The notes under the pieces: generated by a model
The model's input: only the letters and a program-made list of their open reading frames with translations
Database searches by the model: none
Told to the model about the DNA's origin: nothing
Origin: Mobula hypostoma
Lineage: Eukaryota
Length of the DNA: 64,000 nt
Reading direction: 5' to 3'
Assembly: GCF_963921235.1 (NCBI RefSeq)
Contig: NC_086108.1
Coordinates: forward strand, 109,432,001-109,496,000
Made by a program: the position numbers and the translations under genes
Shown: piece after piece, positions 11,269 to 22,934 of the stretch
Numbering within the stretch: the first letter of the stretch is position 1
How the letters are laid out: the number at the start of each line of letters is the position of its first letter

Positions 11269-11639
11269 GTTAGTAGGATAATTAGTCATTGTAGATTGTT
11301 CTGTGAATAGGCTAGGGTTAAATAGCTGCTGGGCCTTGCCGCTTGTTTGCTGGAATGGCCTGTTCCACGCTGCATCTCAAAGTAATATTAAAAAATAAAA
11401 TATACCGAATAATCCAAAGGAGAATCAGAAATGCTGAAACACGCAGGAGGCAGGCAGCATCAACGAAGAAAGAAACGAAGATAATCTTCTGGGTTCCTTC
11501 GTCAGGTCTAAAACACTAATCTTGTTCCTCTCTCCAATGATGCTGCCTGAACTGAATGAATCTGTTCAGAAATCTGATAGTGGTGGGGAAGAAGCTGCCC
11601 CTGAATCATTGATTGCAGGTCTTCATGCTTCTGTACCTC

Positions 11640-12120
11640 ACCTGTAGCTGTGGACTGTAGCCATCAACTCTTGCCTCAATGCTGAACTGACCCCGTGGCT
11701 GTGGCCTGCAGCCATTGGGCTCCTGGACTGTCTTCGCTGTCCTCAGCATTGAACTGGCCCCGTGGCTGTGGCCTGAAGCCATTGGGCTCCCGGACTGTCT
11801 TCGCTGTCCTCAGCATTGAACTGGCCCCGTGGCTGTGGCCTATGGACATCTGGCTCCTGGACAGGCTTTACTCACCCCTCAGTGCTGAGCTGGCTGTGGT
11901 CTCCCTTTCTGGAACTCTATGGTTCATGTTCTGTTTATTTCTTTTATTGTTTGCACGATTCGTTCCTTTTTTGCCCATTGGGTGTTTGATGGTATTTGCT
12001 GTTTGTTTTTTTTTGCGGATTCTATTGTGTTTTTTTGTTTTGTGACTGGCTGCAAGACAAGTCTCAAGGTTGTATTGGTATACATATTTTGATAATAAAT
12101 GTACCTTGAACTTTGACTTT
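11640..12120 (+). mobile_element. Non-autonomous retroposon with an internal ~68-bp tandem repeat
   Basis: GCTGTGGCCTG.AGCCATTGGGCTCC...GAACTGGCCCCGTG repeated 2-3 times; tail GATAATAAATGTACCTTGAACTTTGA shared with Rex1-type ends. Confidence 0.55.
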
Positions 12121-12616
12121 GGCCTACTCTCTTCAGACCTGCAGCCTCTATCACCAAGGCTGCCAGGGACAGGAGATGAATGGGAGAATCCCCTCCCTGT
12201 ACGTGCCCCTCCAAGGTGCATTTCATTCTGACTTGGAAATATCATCGAAGTCACAGAGTCATAAAAGCCCTTCAACATCAAAACTAATCCCAATTGCTGA
12301 GTTTTGTCCATAGCCTTCTAAACCTTTTAAATCCATATATCTGTCCAACTGTCTCTTTGGAAGTTTTCCCCCGGGATGGGGAATCAAGACTCAAGGGCAC
12401 AGGTTTAAGGTGAGAAAGGAAAGGCTTATTTCTTTCTTTATTTAGAGATACACTGAAGAACCGGCCTTTCCAGCCCTTTTCGGATACCTGCTTCAACCAC
12501 TTCTGGGGGCAGCTCACTCCAAAAACATACCACACTTTGTGTAAAAAAAGTCGCCTCTCAAGCTCCCATCAAGCTCCTTAGTCAAGTTCCGTGGGCACCA
12601 CAGTGGAGTAATGGTT

Positions 12617-13020
12617 AGTGATGATGATGGCGACCGTCTGTCTCAAAGGACAATGGAAATCAAGTCTGGGCGGAAGGTATGGAGATCCTGGGATGCCCAG
12701 TTGGCAAGATCCCCCTCTCAGCCTCTTTGGTGTAGTCCAGAGGGAAATGAAGCAATACGTTTGGCACAGCTCAGCTGCAAGAGCTGCCGGAAGGATGTTC
12801 AATGACATCCGGCCGCCTCAGGGACTCCACTCCGGATTTGCTGTCCGGGTTTACTCCCGTAGCCTTCGTCTCTCCCGAGGCTGCCCACAAGGCAGTGGGG
12901 CTATTTACCCATAGCTGGGGATCTGGTTCACGAGCACCAGGGTGTGTCCACATGTCAGTGGGCCTGCGTGCTAAGTCTGCAGGGGCCAGACCTCCTCCCC
13001 GTCCTCTGTGGAGGTTTATG
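12617..13020 (-). mobile_element. Non-autonomous retroposon (possibly RTE-related)
   Basis: Homologous to 48430-48815 (GGAGTAAACCC..AAATCCGGAGTGGAG); (CAT)n tail; inserted in a V-SINE head. Confidence 0.5.
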
Positions 13021-13500
13021 CATTGAGCTCTTGTTTTCGCAAGACTGCTAGGCAGCGCTGGAAGCTGAAAGCAAGAGTGACAAGTACCCATTACACTGCC
13101 ACACTAGACGCATCACAACAACCTTTTTGACAGACTAGCAGTTAGCGAAATGCGATTACAGTTCAGTACCTCAGAGTTCGGAGTTCAATTCCGACGTTAT
13201 CACCAAGGAGTCTGTATGTCCTCACTGTGGAATATGTGGGTTTTCTCTGAGTGCTCCAGTTTCCTTCCACACCCAGTCACACTGGTTGGTTGGTTAACTG
13301 GGCATTGCAAGTTGCCCTGGGGTTGCTAGGTAGTGCAGCTTGAAGGGCTGCTAGGGCCTGTTCCGCAGTGTATCTCTAAATAAATATAAAGAAATAAAGC
13401 AATAAATCTTCCCCTTCTCACCTTAAACCTGTCCCCTTGAGTCTTGATTCCACATCCCGGGGGAAAAATCTGAGTGCATTCTCCCTATCTAGACCCCTCA

Positions 13501-13862
13501 TGATTTTGTGTATCTCTATAAGATCTTGAGTATCTCTATATGATCATGTGTATCTCTATAAGATCATGTGTATCCCTATAAGATCTTGCGTATCTCTGTA
13601 AGATCATGTGTATCTCTATAAGATCTTGCGTATCTCTGTAAGATCATGTGTATCTCTATAAGATCTTGCGTATCTCTGTAAGATCATGTGTATCCCTATA
13701 AGATCTTGCGTATCTCTGTAAGATCATGTGTATCTCTATAAGATCTTGCGTATCTCTGTAAGATCATGTGTATCTCTATAAGATCTTGCGTATCTCTATA
13801 AGATCATGTGTATCCCTATAAGATCTTGCGTATCTCTGTAAGATCACGTGTATCTCTATAAG
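13501..13862. repeat. 20-bp minisatellite, 18 units, with 40- and 120-bp higher-order periods
   Basis: Alternating AGATCATGTGTATCTCTATA and AGATCTTGCGTATCTCTGTA; a TATCCCTATA variant occurs every 6th unit. Confidence 0.97.
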
Positions 13863-14444
13863 TCTTGGAATTTGCTCTGCAACAGCAGCATTGGAGTACC
13901 GTCACTAAAAGGACTGGATCGGCTCAAGATGGAAGCTCACCACCCCATCCTATCACCCCCACCTTCTCAGTAGCAATTAGGGATGGTTGGTTATTCTGTT
14001 TGGTACTGCAATGTTCCCCTACTTTGGAAAAAGGAACAAAAATCTATAAGAGACAGAAGTTCTCTGGATAATCCCCATTCTTTCTCTCCCTCCCCTCCTG
14101 TTGGGCAGAAAATACCAAAGTGTGAAAATACAAACCACCAGGTTCAAGGACAGGTTCCATCCCACTGTGAGAGAACTATTGAACAATCCCCTACTATGGT
14201 AATTAAAGCAGCCGGAATAATCAATGACCCCACCCACCACAGACATTCTCTCCTCTCCCTCCTCTCATCAGGCAGAAGATATATAAGATGTTGTTGCTTG
14301 TTATGTTGTTGTGTTCTGTGTTGTTCTGCCGGGCATTGTGGGCACGTTTTGTTGGTGACACCTAGGGGCTGCCCCAACACACTCTTGGGTGTGTTGGTCG
14401 TTAACACAGATGACACATTTCACTGTATGTTTTGATGTATGTTT

Positions 14445-14865
14445 TGCCTGCTGCTGGCAGCCGGGGCCTGGGTCGAAGCATTTGGCAGAGATGGTGCTCA
14501 GTACTTGGTGTCAGAGGGCTGGACAGAGCTCGAAGTTTTCGGACAGCTCAGAGTCGGACTGTGGTCGGGTATGGCAGGGAGAGTTTTCTTCCTTCTCGCG
14601 TCTGTGTGAGATGTGGGACTTTCGAGAGACTTTGAACTTTTTACCGTGTTAATGGCCTGTTCTTCATCAAGTTATGGTATTGCTTGCACTGTTGTAACTA
14701 TATGTTATAATTATGTGGGTTTTGTCAGTTTTTCAGTCTTGGTCAGTCCTGTGTTTCTGTGATATCACACCAGAGGAATATTGTATCATTTCTTAATGCA
14801 TGCATTACTAAATGACAATAAAAGAGGACTGTGTCTCCTCATAATCTAATCTAATCTAATCTAAA
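14445..14865 (+). mobile_element. 5'-truncated non-autonomous retroposon with a (TAATC)n tail
   Basis: 3' half homologous to 50322-51001; AATAAAAGAGGACTG...CATAATCTAATCT. Confidence 0.65.
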
Positions 14866-15280
14866 TAAATTTGAGTCTTAAGTCTTGCATCTCAAAAGCT
14901 TGAAAGCATATACCACCAGGCTGACGGGCAGCTTCCATTCCTCTGTTAGAAGATTTTGAAAGATCACCTAGTTCAACAAGATGGACTCTTGACCTTACAA
15001 TCTACCTTGTTATGTCCTTGCAGTGCACTCTCTCTGTAATTGTAACCCTTTATACTGCAGTCTGTTCTTGCTTTCCCTCGTACTATCTCAATGCACTGTG
15101 TAATGAGTGGATCTGTATAGGTAACAGCTTGGCATACCCTCAACATTCAAAATAGTTAAATGTCATTTCCAGTACACAAGTGTGAAGGAGAATGAAATAA
15201 TTGTTACTCCAGATCCAGGTAGCACAAAAAAAAAACAAAACGAGACAAAGAACATTATAATAAAAACACAATTAATATAA

Positions 15281-15685
15281 ATAGTCATAGTCATAGTCAT
15301 ACTTTATTGATCCCAGGGGAAATTGGTTAACATAAGATAAAGATTGATTGTCTGTCCATAAAGACACACTAGGCACAGGAGTGTCTGTACATAAAGTGAC
15401 TGACAGGAAATGATAAAATGGTGGTGGTTGGGGGTGTGGAGGGGTGGGTTAGTGGGTGGAGTGTTGACTACTTTTACTGCTTGGGAAAAGTAACTGTTTT
15501 GGAGTCTGGTGGTCCTGGTGTGGATGCTATATAGGCTCCTCCCTGATGGGAGTGGGACAAACAGTCCATGAGGAGGGTGGGTGGGATCCTTCGTGATGTT
15601 ACTGCCATTTTCCAGCAGCTTTCTGTATGTAAAGTATGTCTGTGATGGCGGGTAGGTCATGCATTGGGTAGTTTTGACTACCCGT
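15281..15685 (-). mobile_element. Rex1/Babar LINE 3' fragment
   Basis: ITKDPTHPPHGLFVPLPSGR..TRTTRLQNSYF; (ATAGTC)n tail on plus strand. Confidence 0.85.
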
Positions 15686-15739
15686 CAATGAGTACAGTTA
15701 GCAATAGTCGATTTAGCTGTTTAATAAATTTGGGAGCTC

Positions 15740-16010
15740 GGCGCAACGACATCAGTGCCAGACCCGGGAGCGGAGGTTCCCGGGTTCGAAACTAATCGGG
15801 TCCGCCCCGAGTACGCTTTCCATCCGTGCCGGGTTGAGTGTCAGATCGCAACTCGACCTCGTAAGACAAAGGGAAATACTGTGAAAATGTCTGCATGAGG
15901 AATGGCACGCCACACAGTCTCTCTCGCTCCGCGCCTTGTAAAAAGCCATGAAAAATCCATCATCACGGATGCACGCATGGATATGCAGACACACACCAAT
16001 AAATAAATAC
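15740..16010 (+). mobile_element. tRNA-derived SINE with a 12-bp TSD
   Basis: B-box GGTTCGAAAC; TSD ATTTGGGAGCTC at 15728-15739 and 16011-16022; (AATA)n tail. Confidence 0.75.
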
Positions 16011-16179
16011 ATTTGGGAGCTCATAACAGCTCACCAAAAACCATCAAGTTTCTCAAATGTAGAATTGCAACAAAATGTACATACTCTGGTGTTTAACCAG
16101 AGCTCTAGGTTCGGCAGCAGACAACAAAGATTGGGTGAAATGCTTTGGAATGCATTTAACATTGTTAGCTCTTTGATAC

Positions 16180-16680
16180 ATATTCCCATTCCTGTCTGAC
16201 ATGTCAGACGATGGCCTCCTCTTCTGCCACACGGAGCTCGCCCTCAGGGTGGAGAAGGAACACCTCATATTCCACCCAGGTAGCCTCCAACCTGATGGCA
16301 TGAACATCAATCTCTCTTTCCGGTAATATTTTTTTCTTTCCCAGCCCCTTCCCTCTTCTTCCATTTCCCACTCTGGTCTCTTTCTCTTTTCGTTACGTGC
16401 TTAACACCTCCTGTTTGTGCCCCTCCTACTTACCGTTCTCCCATGGTCCACTCTCCTCTCCTATCAGATTCCTTCTTCTCCAACCCTTTACCTTTCCTAC
16501 CCATTTGGCTTCACCGATCACCTTCAAGTTTGTCCTCATTCACCTCCCCCCAGCTTTTTAATCTGGCATCTTCCTCCTTCCTTTGCATTCCCAAAGAAGG
16601 ATCTCAGCCCTAAACATCGACTGTTTATTCATTTCCCTAAATGCTGCCCGACCTGCTGATTTCCTCCAGTATTTTCTGTG
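16180..16680 (+). mobile_element. Penelope-like element 3' part (GIY-YIG C-terminus and pseudo-LTR)
   Basis: LRVEKEHLIF..GSLQPDGMNI..SFR* followed by a pyrimidine-rich UTR and a decayed hammerhead-like segment. Confidence 0.8.
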
Positions 16681-17109
16681 CCCCGATATATAACCAAAGC
16701 TCAGTAGCAGATGGGGAAGATTCAAAGGAAATAATTTGGAATGCATTCTAACCTTGTTAGCTCTGTGTTCTGACATGCTGTGCATTGTCTGTTGAAATTT
16801 CTTCTGATTATGTTTGCTTTGATTAGGGGAAATAGTTAATATTTGCCTTCTGATTTCCACTGTGATAATGTGCATCTTCTCCTATGATGCCTTCTGCAAT
16901 AATCATTATTTTCACTGGTATCTGTCCTAATGATACACACTGAGTTCTCACAATGTTTAAAGGCTATTATCCTTGTCATTAGAGCAGTTATAAAAACACA
17001 AACATTAGCAAGTTGGTTCCTCCAGTACTCTGCTAACTTAGAGCAAGAACTCTTTTGAGTTTTGCCTGGTTTCATACAGAAAATATCTCCATAAGCTCGA
17101 GAGAGTTGG

Positions 17110-17575
17110 CATTGGAGACGGTCCAGAGGAGATTCACAAGACTGATTCCAGAAATGAAAGAGTTAATGCATGAGGAGAGTTTGATAGCTCTGGGTCTGTG
17201 CTCACTGGAATTTTGAAGAATGAGAGGTGACTTAATTGAAACCTATCGAATATCGAAAGGCCTAGATGTGGAGAGGATGTTTCCGAAAATGGAAGAGGTT
17301 AGTACCAGAGGGCACAGCCTCAGAATAGAAGGATGCATCCTTAGAACAGAAATGAGGAGGAATTTCTTTAGCCGAGGGTGGTGAATCTGTGGAATTCATT
17401 GCCATACATGGCTGTGGAGGCTAAGTCATTGGGTATATTTAAAGCAGAGTTCGAAAATTTTCAGGGAGAAGGCGAGTGAGTGGAGGTGGGAGGAATAATG
17501 GATCAGCCATGAATGAATAGTGGAGCAGACTCTTTGGGCCAAATGGCCTAATTCTGCTCCTGTATCTTGTAGTCT
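17110..17575 (+). mobile_element. CR1 LINE 3' fragment
   Basis: VQRRFTRLIP..MRGDLIETY..TRGHSLRI and the CR1 3' UTR. Confidence 0.85.
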
Positions 17576-18019
17576 TTTTGTCATACTACAGGGAAAATTT
17601 ACAAGGATGTTGCCAGGGCTTGAGAACTGAGTTTTAGGAAAAGGTTGAATAAGTTAGAACTTTAACCTTTGAGTGCAGACCCCTTTATTCCCATTTTTGC
17701 CCTCAGCCAGTGAAATAATCTTCTATCCATGCTAATATATTTCCTGTAGTATCATGGGCTCTTTTCTTGGTAAGCAGCCTTATGTGTTGCATTTTGTCAA
17801 AGACCTTCTGAAAATCCACTGACTCTCTTTTGTCTATCTTGTCTGTTATTTCCTCAAAGATTTCCAGCAGAATTATCGGGCAAGATTTTACATGCTGACT
17901 TGAGCGTAGTTTATCGTGAGCCTCAAAATACCCTGAAACCTCATCCTCTCCAATCCCAGCACATCCATTTGTAGATATGAGGCCCAGAACTGCTCACAGT
18001 ATTCCAACTGCGGTCTGAT

Positions 18020-18330
18020 ATTTCTTCCATGGTCTTCTACTCTATCCTATCTGATTCCCCCTTCTCCAGCCCTTTATCTCCATCACCAAACTTCCCAGCT
18101 CTTTACTTCACCCCCTCCGGTTTTCACCAATCACCTACCGCCTTGTACTTCCTCCTCCCCTCCCCCCCACCATCTTACTCTGATTTCTCATCTTTTTTCC
18201 AGTCCTGATGAAGGAACTCGGCATAAAACGCTGACTGATTTATTCATTTCCATAGATGCTGCTTGGCCTGCTGAGTGTCTCCAGTACTTTGTGTAAGTTA
18301 CTTGGATTTTCAGCGTCTGTGAATTTTCTC
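18020..18330 (+). mobile_element. Penelope-like pseudo-LTR fragment
   Basis: Pyrimidine-rich UTR, then CAGTCCTGATGAAGG...AAAACG..GACTG and AGATGCTGC. Confidence 0.7.
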
Positions 18331-18676
18331 GTTAAAGTTTTGCTCGTTTGGTTCCTTGGAGGTAACATAAATGATGGCATCAATTACAATGTAAAGGACT
18401 CTTGGCCTCACAATCTTCCTCCTGAGGGCCTTGCACCTTATTGTCTTCCTGCACGCACTTTCTCTGCTTTCTGTTCTTGTTTTCCCTTGTGCAACCTTAA
18501 TGCAATGGGTAATGGATTGATCTTTATGGACGAGATGTAAAGCAAAGTTTTTCATTGCACCTCGGTCCACATGACCATAAAAAACTACCAGAAGTTGGAT
18601 TCAGACCCAGGTCAGATTAGATTCATTCATTTATCACATGTACATTGAAGCGTACAATAAGATATGTAATTTGTGT

Positions 18677-19205
18677 CATAGAAACATAGAAACATAGAAA
18701 ATAGGTGCAGGAGTAGGCCATTCGGCCCTTCGAGCCTGCACCGCCATTCCGTATGATCATGGCTGATCATCCAACTCAGAACCTTGTACCAGCCTTCCCT
18801 CCATACCCCCTGATCCCTTTAGCCACAAGGGCCATATCTAACTCCCTCTTAAATATAGCCAATGAACTGGCCTCAACTGTTTCCTGTGGCAGAGAATTCC
18901 ACAGATTCACCACTCTCTGTGTGAAGAAGTTTTTCCTAACCTCGGTGCTAAAAGGCTTCCCCTTTATCCTCAAACTGTGACCCCTCGTTCTCGACTTCCC
19001 CAACATCGGGAACAATCTTCCTGCATCTAGCCTGTCCAATCCCTTTAGGATTTTATATGTTTCAATCAGATCCCCCCTCAGTCTTCTAAATTCCAACGAG
19101 TACAAGCCCAGTTCATCCAGTCTTTCATCATATGAAAGTCCTGCCATCCCAGGAATCAATCCGGTGAACCTTCTTTGTACTCCCTCTATGGCAAGGATGT
19201 CTTTC
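18677..19205 (-). mobile_element. Young CR1 LINE 3' fragment
   Basis: Open 127-aa ORF2 C-terminus (LYSLEFRRLRGDLIETYK...FFTQRVVNLWNSLP); (CATAGAAA)n tail on plus strand. Confidence 0.92.
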
Positions 19206-19471
19206 CTTGTGTCAGATGTGGATACAGCTCAGTGCACCGGGGTAAAGCCCTCCCCACCATTGAGCACATCTACACAGAGCGCTGTCACAGGAAAGCAGCA
19301 TCGAATATCATATCAGGGACCCCCAACACCCAGGCTACACCTTCTTCTTGCTGCTGTCATCAGGAAGGAGGTACAGGACCTTCAAGACCCTCACCACCAA
19401 GTTCAGGAACAGTTATTAACCCTCAACCATCTGGCTCTTGAACCAAAGGGATAACTTCACTCATCCCATCA

Positions 19472-21050
19472 CTGAGGTGCTCAGGAAGCTTAATGGTCTG
19501 AGGGTAGATAAATCTCCTGGACCTGATGGAATGCACCCTTGTGTTCTGAAGGAAGTAGCTGGAGAGATTGGGGAGGCATTAACAATGATCTTTCAAGAAT
19601 CGATAGATTCTGGCATTGTACTGGATTACTGGAAAATTGCAAATGTTACTCTGCTATTTAGGAAGGGTGAGGGGCAGCAGAAAGGAAACTATAGACCTGT
19701 TAGCCTGACATCAGTGGTTGGGAAGTTGTTGGAATCAATTGTTAGGGATGAGACTACGGAGTACCTGGAGGCACATGACAAGATAGGCCAAAGCCAGCAT
19801 GGTTTCCTGAAAGGAAATCCTGCCTGACTAACCTAATGCAATTTTTGAGGAAATTACAAGCAAGATAGTCAAAGGAGATGCAGTAGATATGGTGTACTTG
19901 GATTTGACAAGGTGCCACACATGAGGCTACTTAGCAAGATAAGAGCCCATGGAATTACAGGAAAGTTACTAGCATGGGTGGAGCATTGGCTGATCAGCAG
20001 AAAACAGAGAGTGGGAATAAAGGGATCCTATTCTGACTCACTGCTGGTTACCAGTGGAGTTCCACAGGAGTCGGTGTTGGGACTGCTGCTTTTTAACAAT
20101 GTATGTCAATGATTTAGACAATAGGATTAATGGATTTGTGGCTAAATTTGCCAATGATACAAAGATAGGTGGAGGAGCAGGTAGGGTTGAGGAAACAGAG
20201 AGACTTAGATAGCTTAGGGGAATGGGCAAAGAAGTGGCAAATGAAATACAATGTTGGAAAGTATATGGTTATGCACTTTGGTGGAAGAAATGAGCAGACT
20301 ATTATTTAGATGGGGAGAAAATTCAAAATGCAGAGATGCAAAGGGACTTGGGAGTCCTTGTGCAGTATACCTAAAGGTTAATTTCCAGGTTGAGTCGGTT
20401 GTGAAGAAGGCGAATGCAATGTTGGCATTCATTTTTAGAGGAATAGAGTATAGGAGCAGGGATGTGATGTTGAGGCTCTGTAAGGCACTTGTGAGACCGC
20501 ACTTGGAGTATTGTGTGCAGTTTTGGGCTCCTTATTTTAGAAAGGATATACTAACTTTGGAGAGGGTTCAGAGAAGGTTCACGAGAATGATTCCAGGAAT
20601 GAAAGGGTTACCGTACGAGGAATGTCTGGCAGCTCTTGGGCTGTATTCCCTGGAGTTCAGGAGAATGAGGGGTGATCTCATAGAAATATTCCAAATGTTA
20701 AAAGACCTGAACAGATTAGATATGGCAAAGTTATTTCCCAAGGTAGGGGAGTCTAGGACAAGAGGGCACAACTTCAGGATTGAAGGACGTCCTTTTAGAA
20801 CAGAGATGCGGAGAAATTAATTTAGTCAGAGGGTGGTAAATCTGTGGAATTTGTTGCCACAAGTGGCTGTGGAGCAGTCATTGGGTGCATTTAAGGCAGA
20901 GATAGATAGGATCTTGATTAGCCAGGGCATCAAAGGATATGGGGAGAAGGCAAGGGGGGGGGGGGACGACTGGAAGAATTGGAGTAGCCCATGATTGAAT
21001 GGCGGAGCAGACTTGATAGGCTAAATGGCCTTCTTCTGCTCCTATATTTG
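19472..21050 (+). mobile_element. CR1 LINE, RT domain to 3' end (frameshifted)
   Basis: KSPGPDGMHP, NYRPVSLTSVVGK, SQHGF, SGVPQESVLG, KFAND, LVRPHLEYCVQFW. Confidence 0.93.
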
Positions 21051-21329
21051 TCCATCCTGTTGGGTGCAGTCTTTCATTGATTCTCTTGTGCTTCTTAGAT
21101 TTACTGTGAATACCCACAAGAAAATGAATCTCAGGGTGTACAGTATATGGTGATATAAATGTACTTTGATAATAAATTTGCTTTGAACTTGAACAACCAA
21201 CACAACCTAAGGTTGTGCTGGGGCTGGCCCGCTTTATCTTTGTACCATCTCAATTCACTTTTGCCAATAACTGATCCATCTGGAAGGTGTGCAATGTAAA
21301 GTTTTTCCCTGTACCTCAATATATTCTTT

Positions 21330-21790
21330 TGTTTGTTATGTGCTGTGTGACACATGACAATATGATTGTTCTTGGCAAATTTTTCTACAGAAGTAGTTTG
21401 CCAGTACCGTTACTATCATCTTCATTATGTGCTGTGTCGTAAGATGTAGACAATCATGGTCTTTCCATGACCATCATTGTTCTTGGCAAATTTTTCTACA
21501 GAAGTGATTTGCCATTGCCTTCTTCTGGGCAGTGCCTTTACAAGGTGGGTAACTCCAGCCATTATCAATACTCTTCAGAGATTGTCTAGCTGACATCTGT
21601 GGTCACATAACCAGGACTTGTGATATGCACCAGCTGCTCATACGACCATCCACCACCTGTTCCCATGGCTTCTCATGACCCTGACTGGGTGAGGGCAGGG
21701 GTTTATTCAGATGCTACACCTTGCCCAAGGTTGACCTGCAGCCTAGCAGAGGGACGGAAAACCTTACATCTCCTATCTCCAACCTGCCAC
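21330..21790 (-). mobile_element. SINE/non-autonomous retroposon with an RTE(BovB)-type motif and duplicated 3' end
   Basis: Homologous to 8245-8590; ATTGTTCTTGGCAAATTTTTCTACAGAAGT occurs twice. Confidence 0.6.
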
Positions 21791-21944
21791 CACAATAATA
21801 AAACAATGCCACAAAGGAACAGGCCCTGGTCCCACAGAGGATCAAAGTCTCTGTGGAACAAAGTGCCACAAGCAAAAAGATACTTTAAATCTATACCTCC
21901 TGGTTTTTCATCCCTCTCACAAGGGAAATAGCTTCTCTGCATTG

Positions 21945-22345
21945 TGTTAGATTAGATGCTTTAAGTGTTATTTTCTTTGCAGTTTAACAATTAATTACCT
22001 GCTGATATTTTTAAATAACTATTTATGCGCATGTAACTATTTAGCATGTTTCCTAGTGGTCATAGTATGTATATGCAGTTGTTCAGTGTGTCCCCCTAGT
22101 GGTCACAGCATGTACATGCAGTTGTTCAGTGTGTCCCCCTAGTGGTTACAGCATGTACATGCAGTTGTTCAGTGTGTCCCCTAGTGGTCACAGTATGTAT
22201 ATGCTGTTGTTCAGTATGTCCGTTAGCGGTTACATTTGCATAATTCTGGAAACTTCTCTTACTATTGCATTATTTGAATAGGTGCTGTGTGATTGGTTAA
22301 CTCTTATCTAAGAATTTGAATGGAGTGTTTCCTGTCTATGGAGAA
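21945..22345 (+). mobile_element. Partial LTR-like element (5' part), same family as 7275-7890
   Basis: Starts TGTTAGATT; same 39-bp repeat CCTAGTGGTCACAGTATGTATATGCAGTTGTTCAGTGTGTCC. Confidence 0.6.
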
Positions 22346-22414
22346 AATACAGAGAGATCATCTGGAGGTTTATGGTGTGGAATAATGACACTAGGTACTA
22401 CAACTTAACCATGT

Positions 22415-22497
22415 AATAATGGTTCACTTATAGAAGGGAGGCTCATGCTGTCGTCATTCCATGCAATGAGCCTCCCTTCTATAAGTGAGCCATTATT
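22415..22497. other. Isolated near-perfect hairpin (32-bp arms, 19-nt loop)
   Basis: AATAATGGTTCACTTATAGAAGGGAGGCTCAT pairs with ATGAGCCTCCCTTCTATAAGTGAGCCATTATT; one mismatch (a U-G pair in plus-strand RNA). Confidence 0.9.
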
Positions 22498-22934
22498 TAC
22501 CATATACTGTTTGCCCACTTTCACAGGACTTGAAATATTCTCTCGCAGGAATCTTTCATTATTTACCACGTTTATGCTTCACTCACACTACCAATTGTTC
22601 AGGCAATAAAGATATAAATCACAGCTGTGACTAAATAGTCCATTTATTAAAAGGGAACCTCAGCATGTTTCAGCCACCTGTTTTCTCAGTGCATGCCCTA
22701 TATTTTTAAATAAAAATTTATTGGAAATCTGTACAGTTCAGTTGGGTTGAAATCAACCACAAATAAATCTATGGGCTGATTTATTCCTGGATTGCTGGAA
22801 TGTAGGCTGTATATCGTCACTCTACTTTCTCCACATAACCCCATCATCAGTCATAATTATTCAAGGAGAAGTGAGGCTGGACCTCTGGAAGAATTAGATC
22901 TGCAATGTACATAATATCGACATTTTGTATGTGA

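Larger units (their letters stand above)
9735..11380 (+). mobile_element. V-SINE split by a solo LTR (9735-9897 and 11269-11380)
   Basis: SINE body stops at CTGGTTA and resumes at GTTAGTAGG. Confidence 0.8.

Noticed and set aside
13501..13862. CRISPR-like array
   Set aside because: Contiguous 20-bp units with no unique spacers, no cas genes, and a vertebrate context
15740..15810. tRNA gene
   Set aside because: Only a B-box-like motif; no cloverleaf; lies in a TSD-flanked SINE. The same applies to the V-SINE heads
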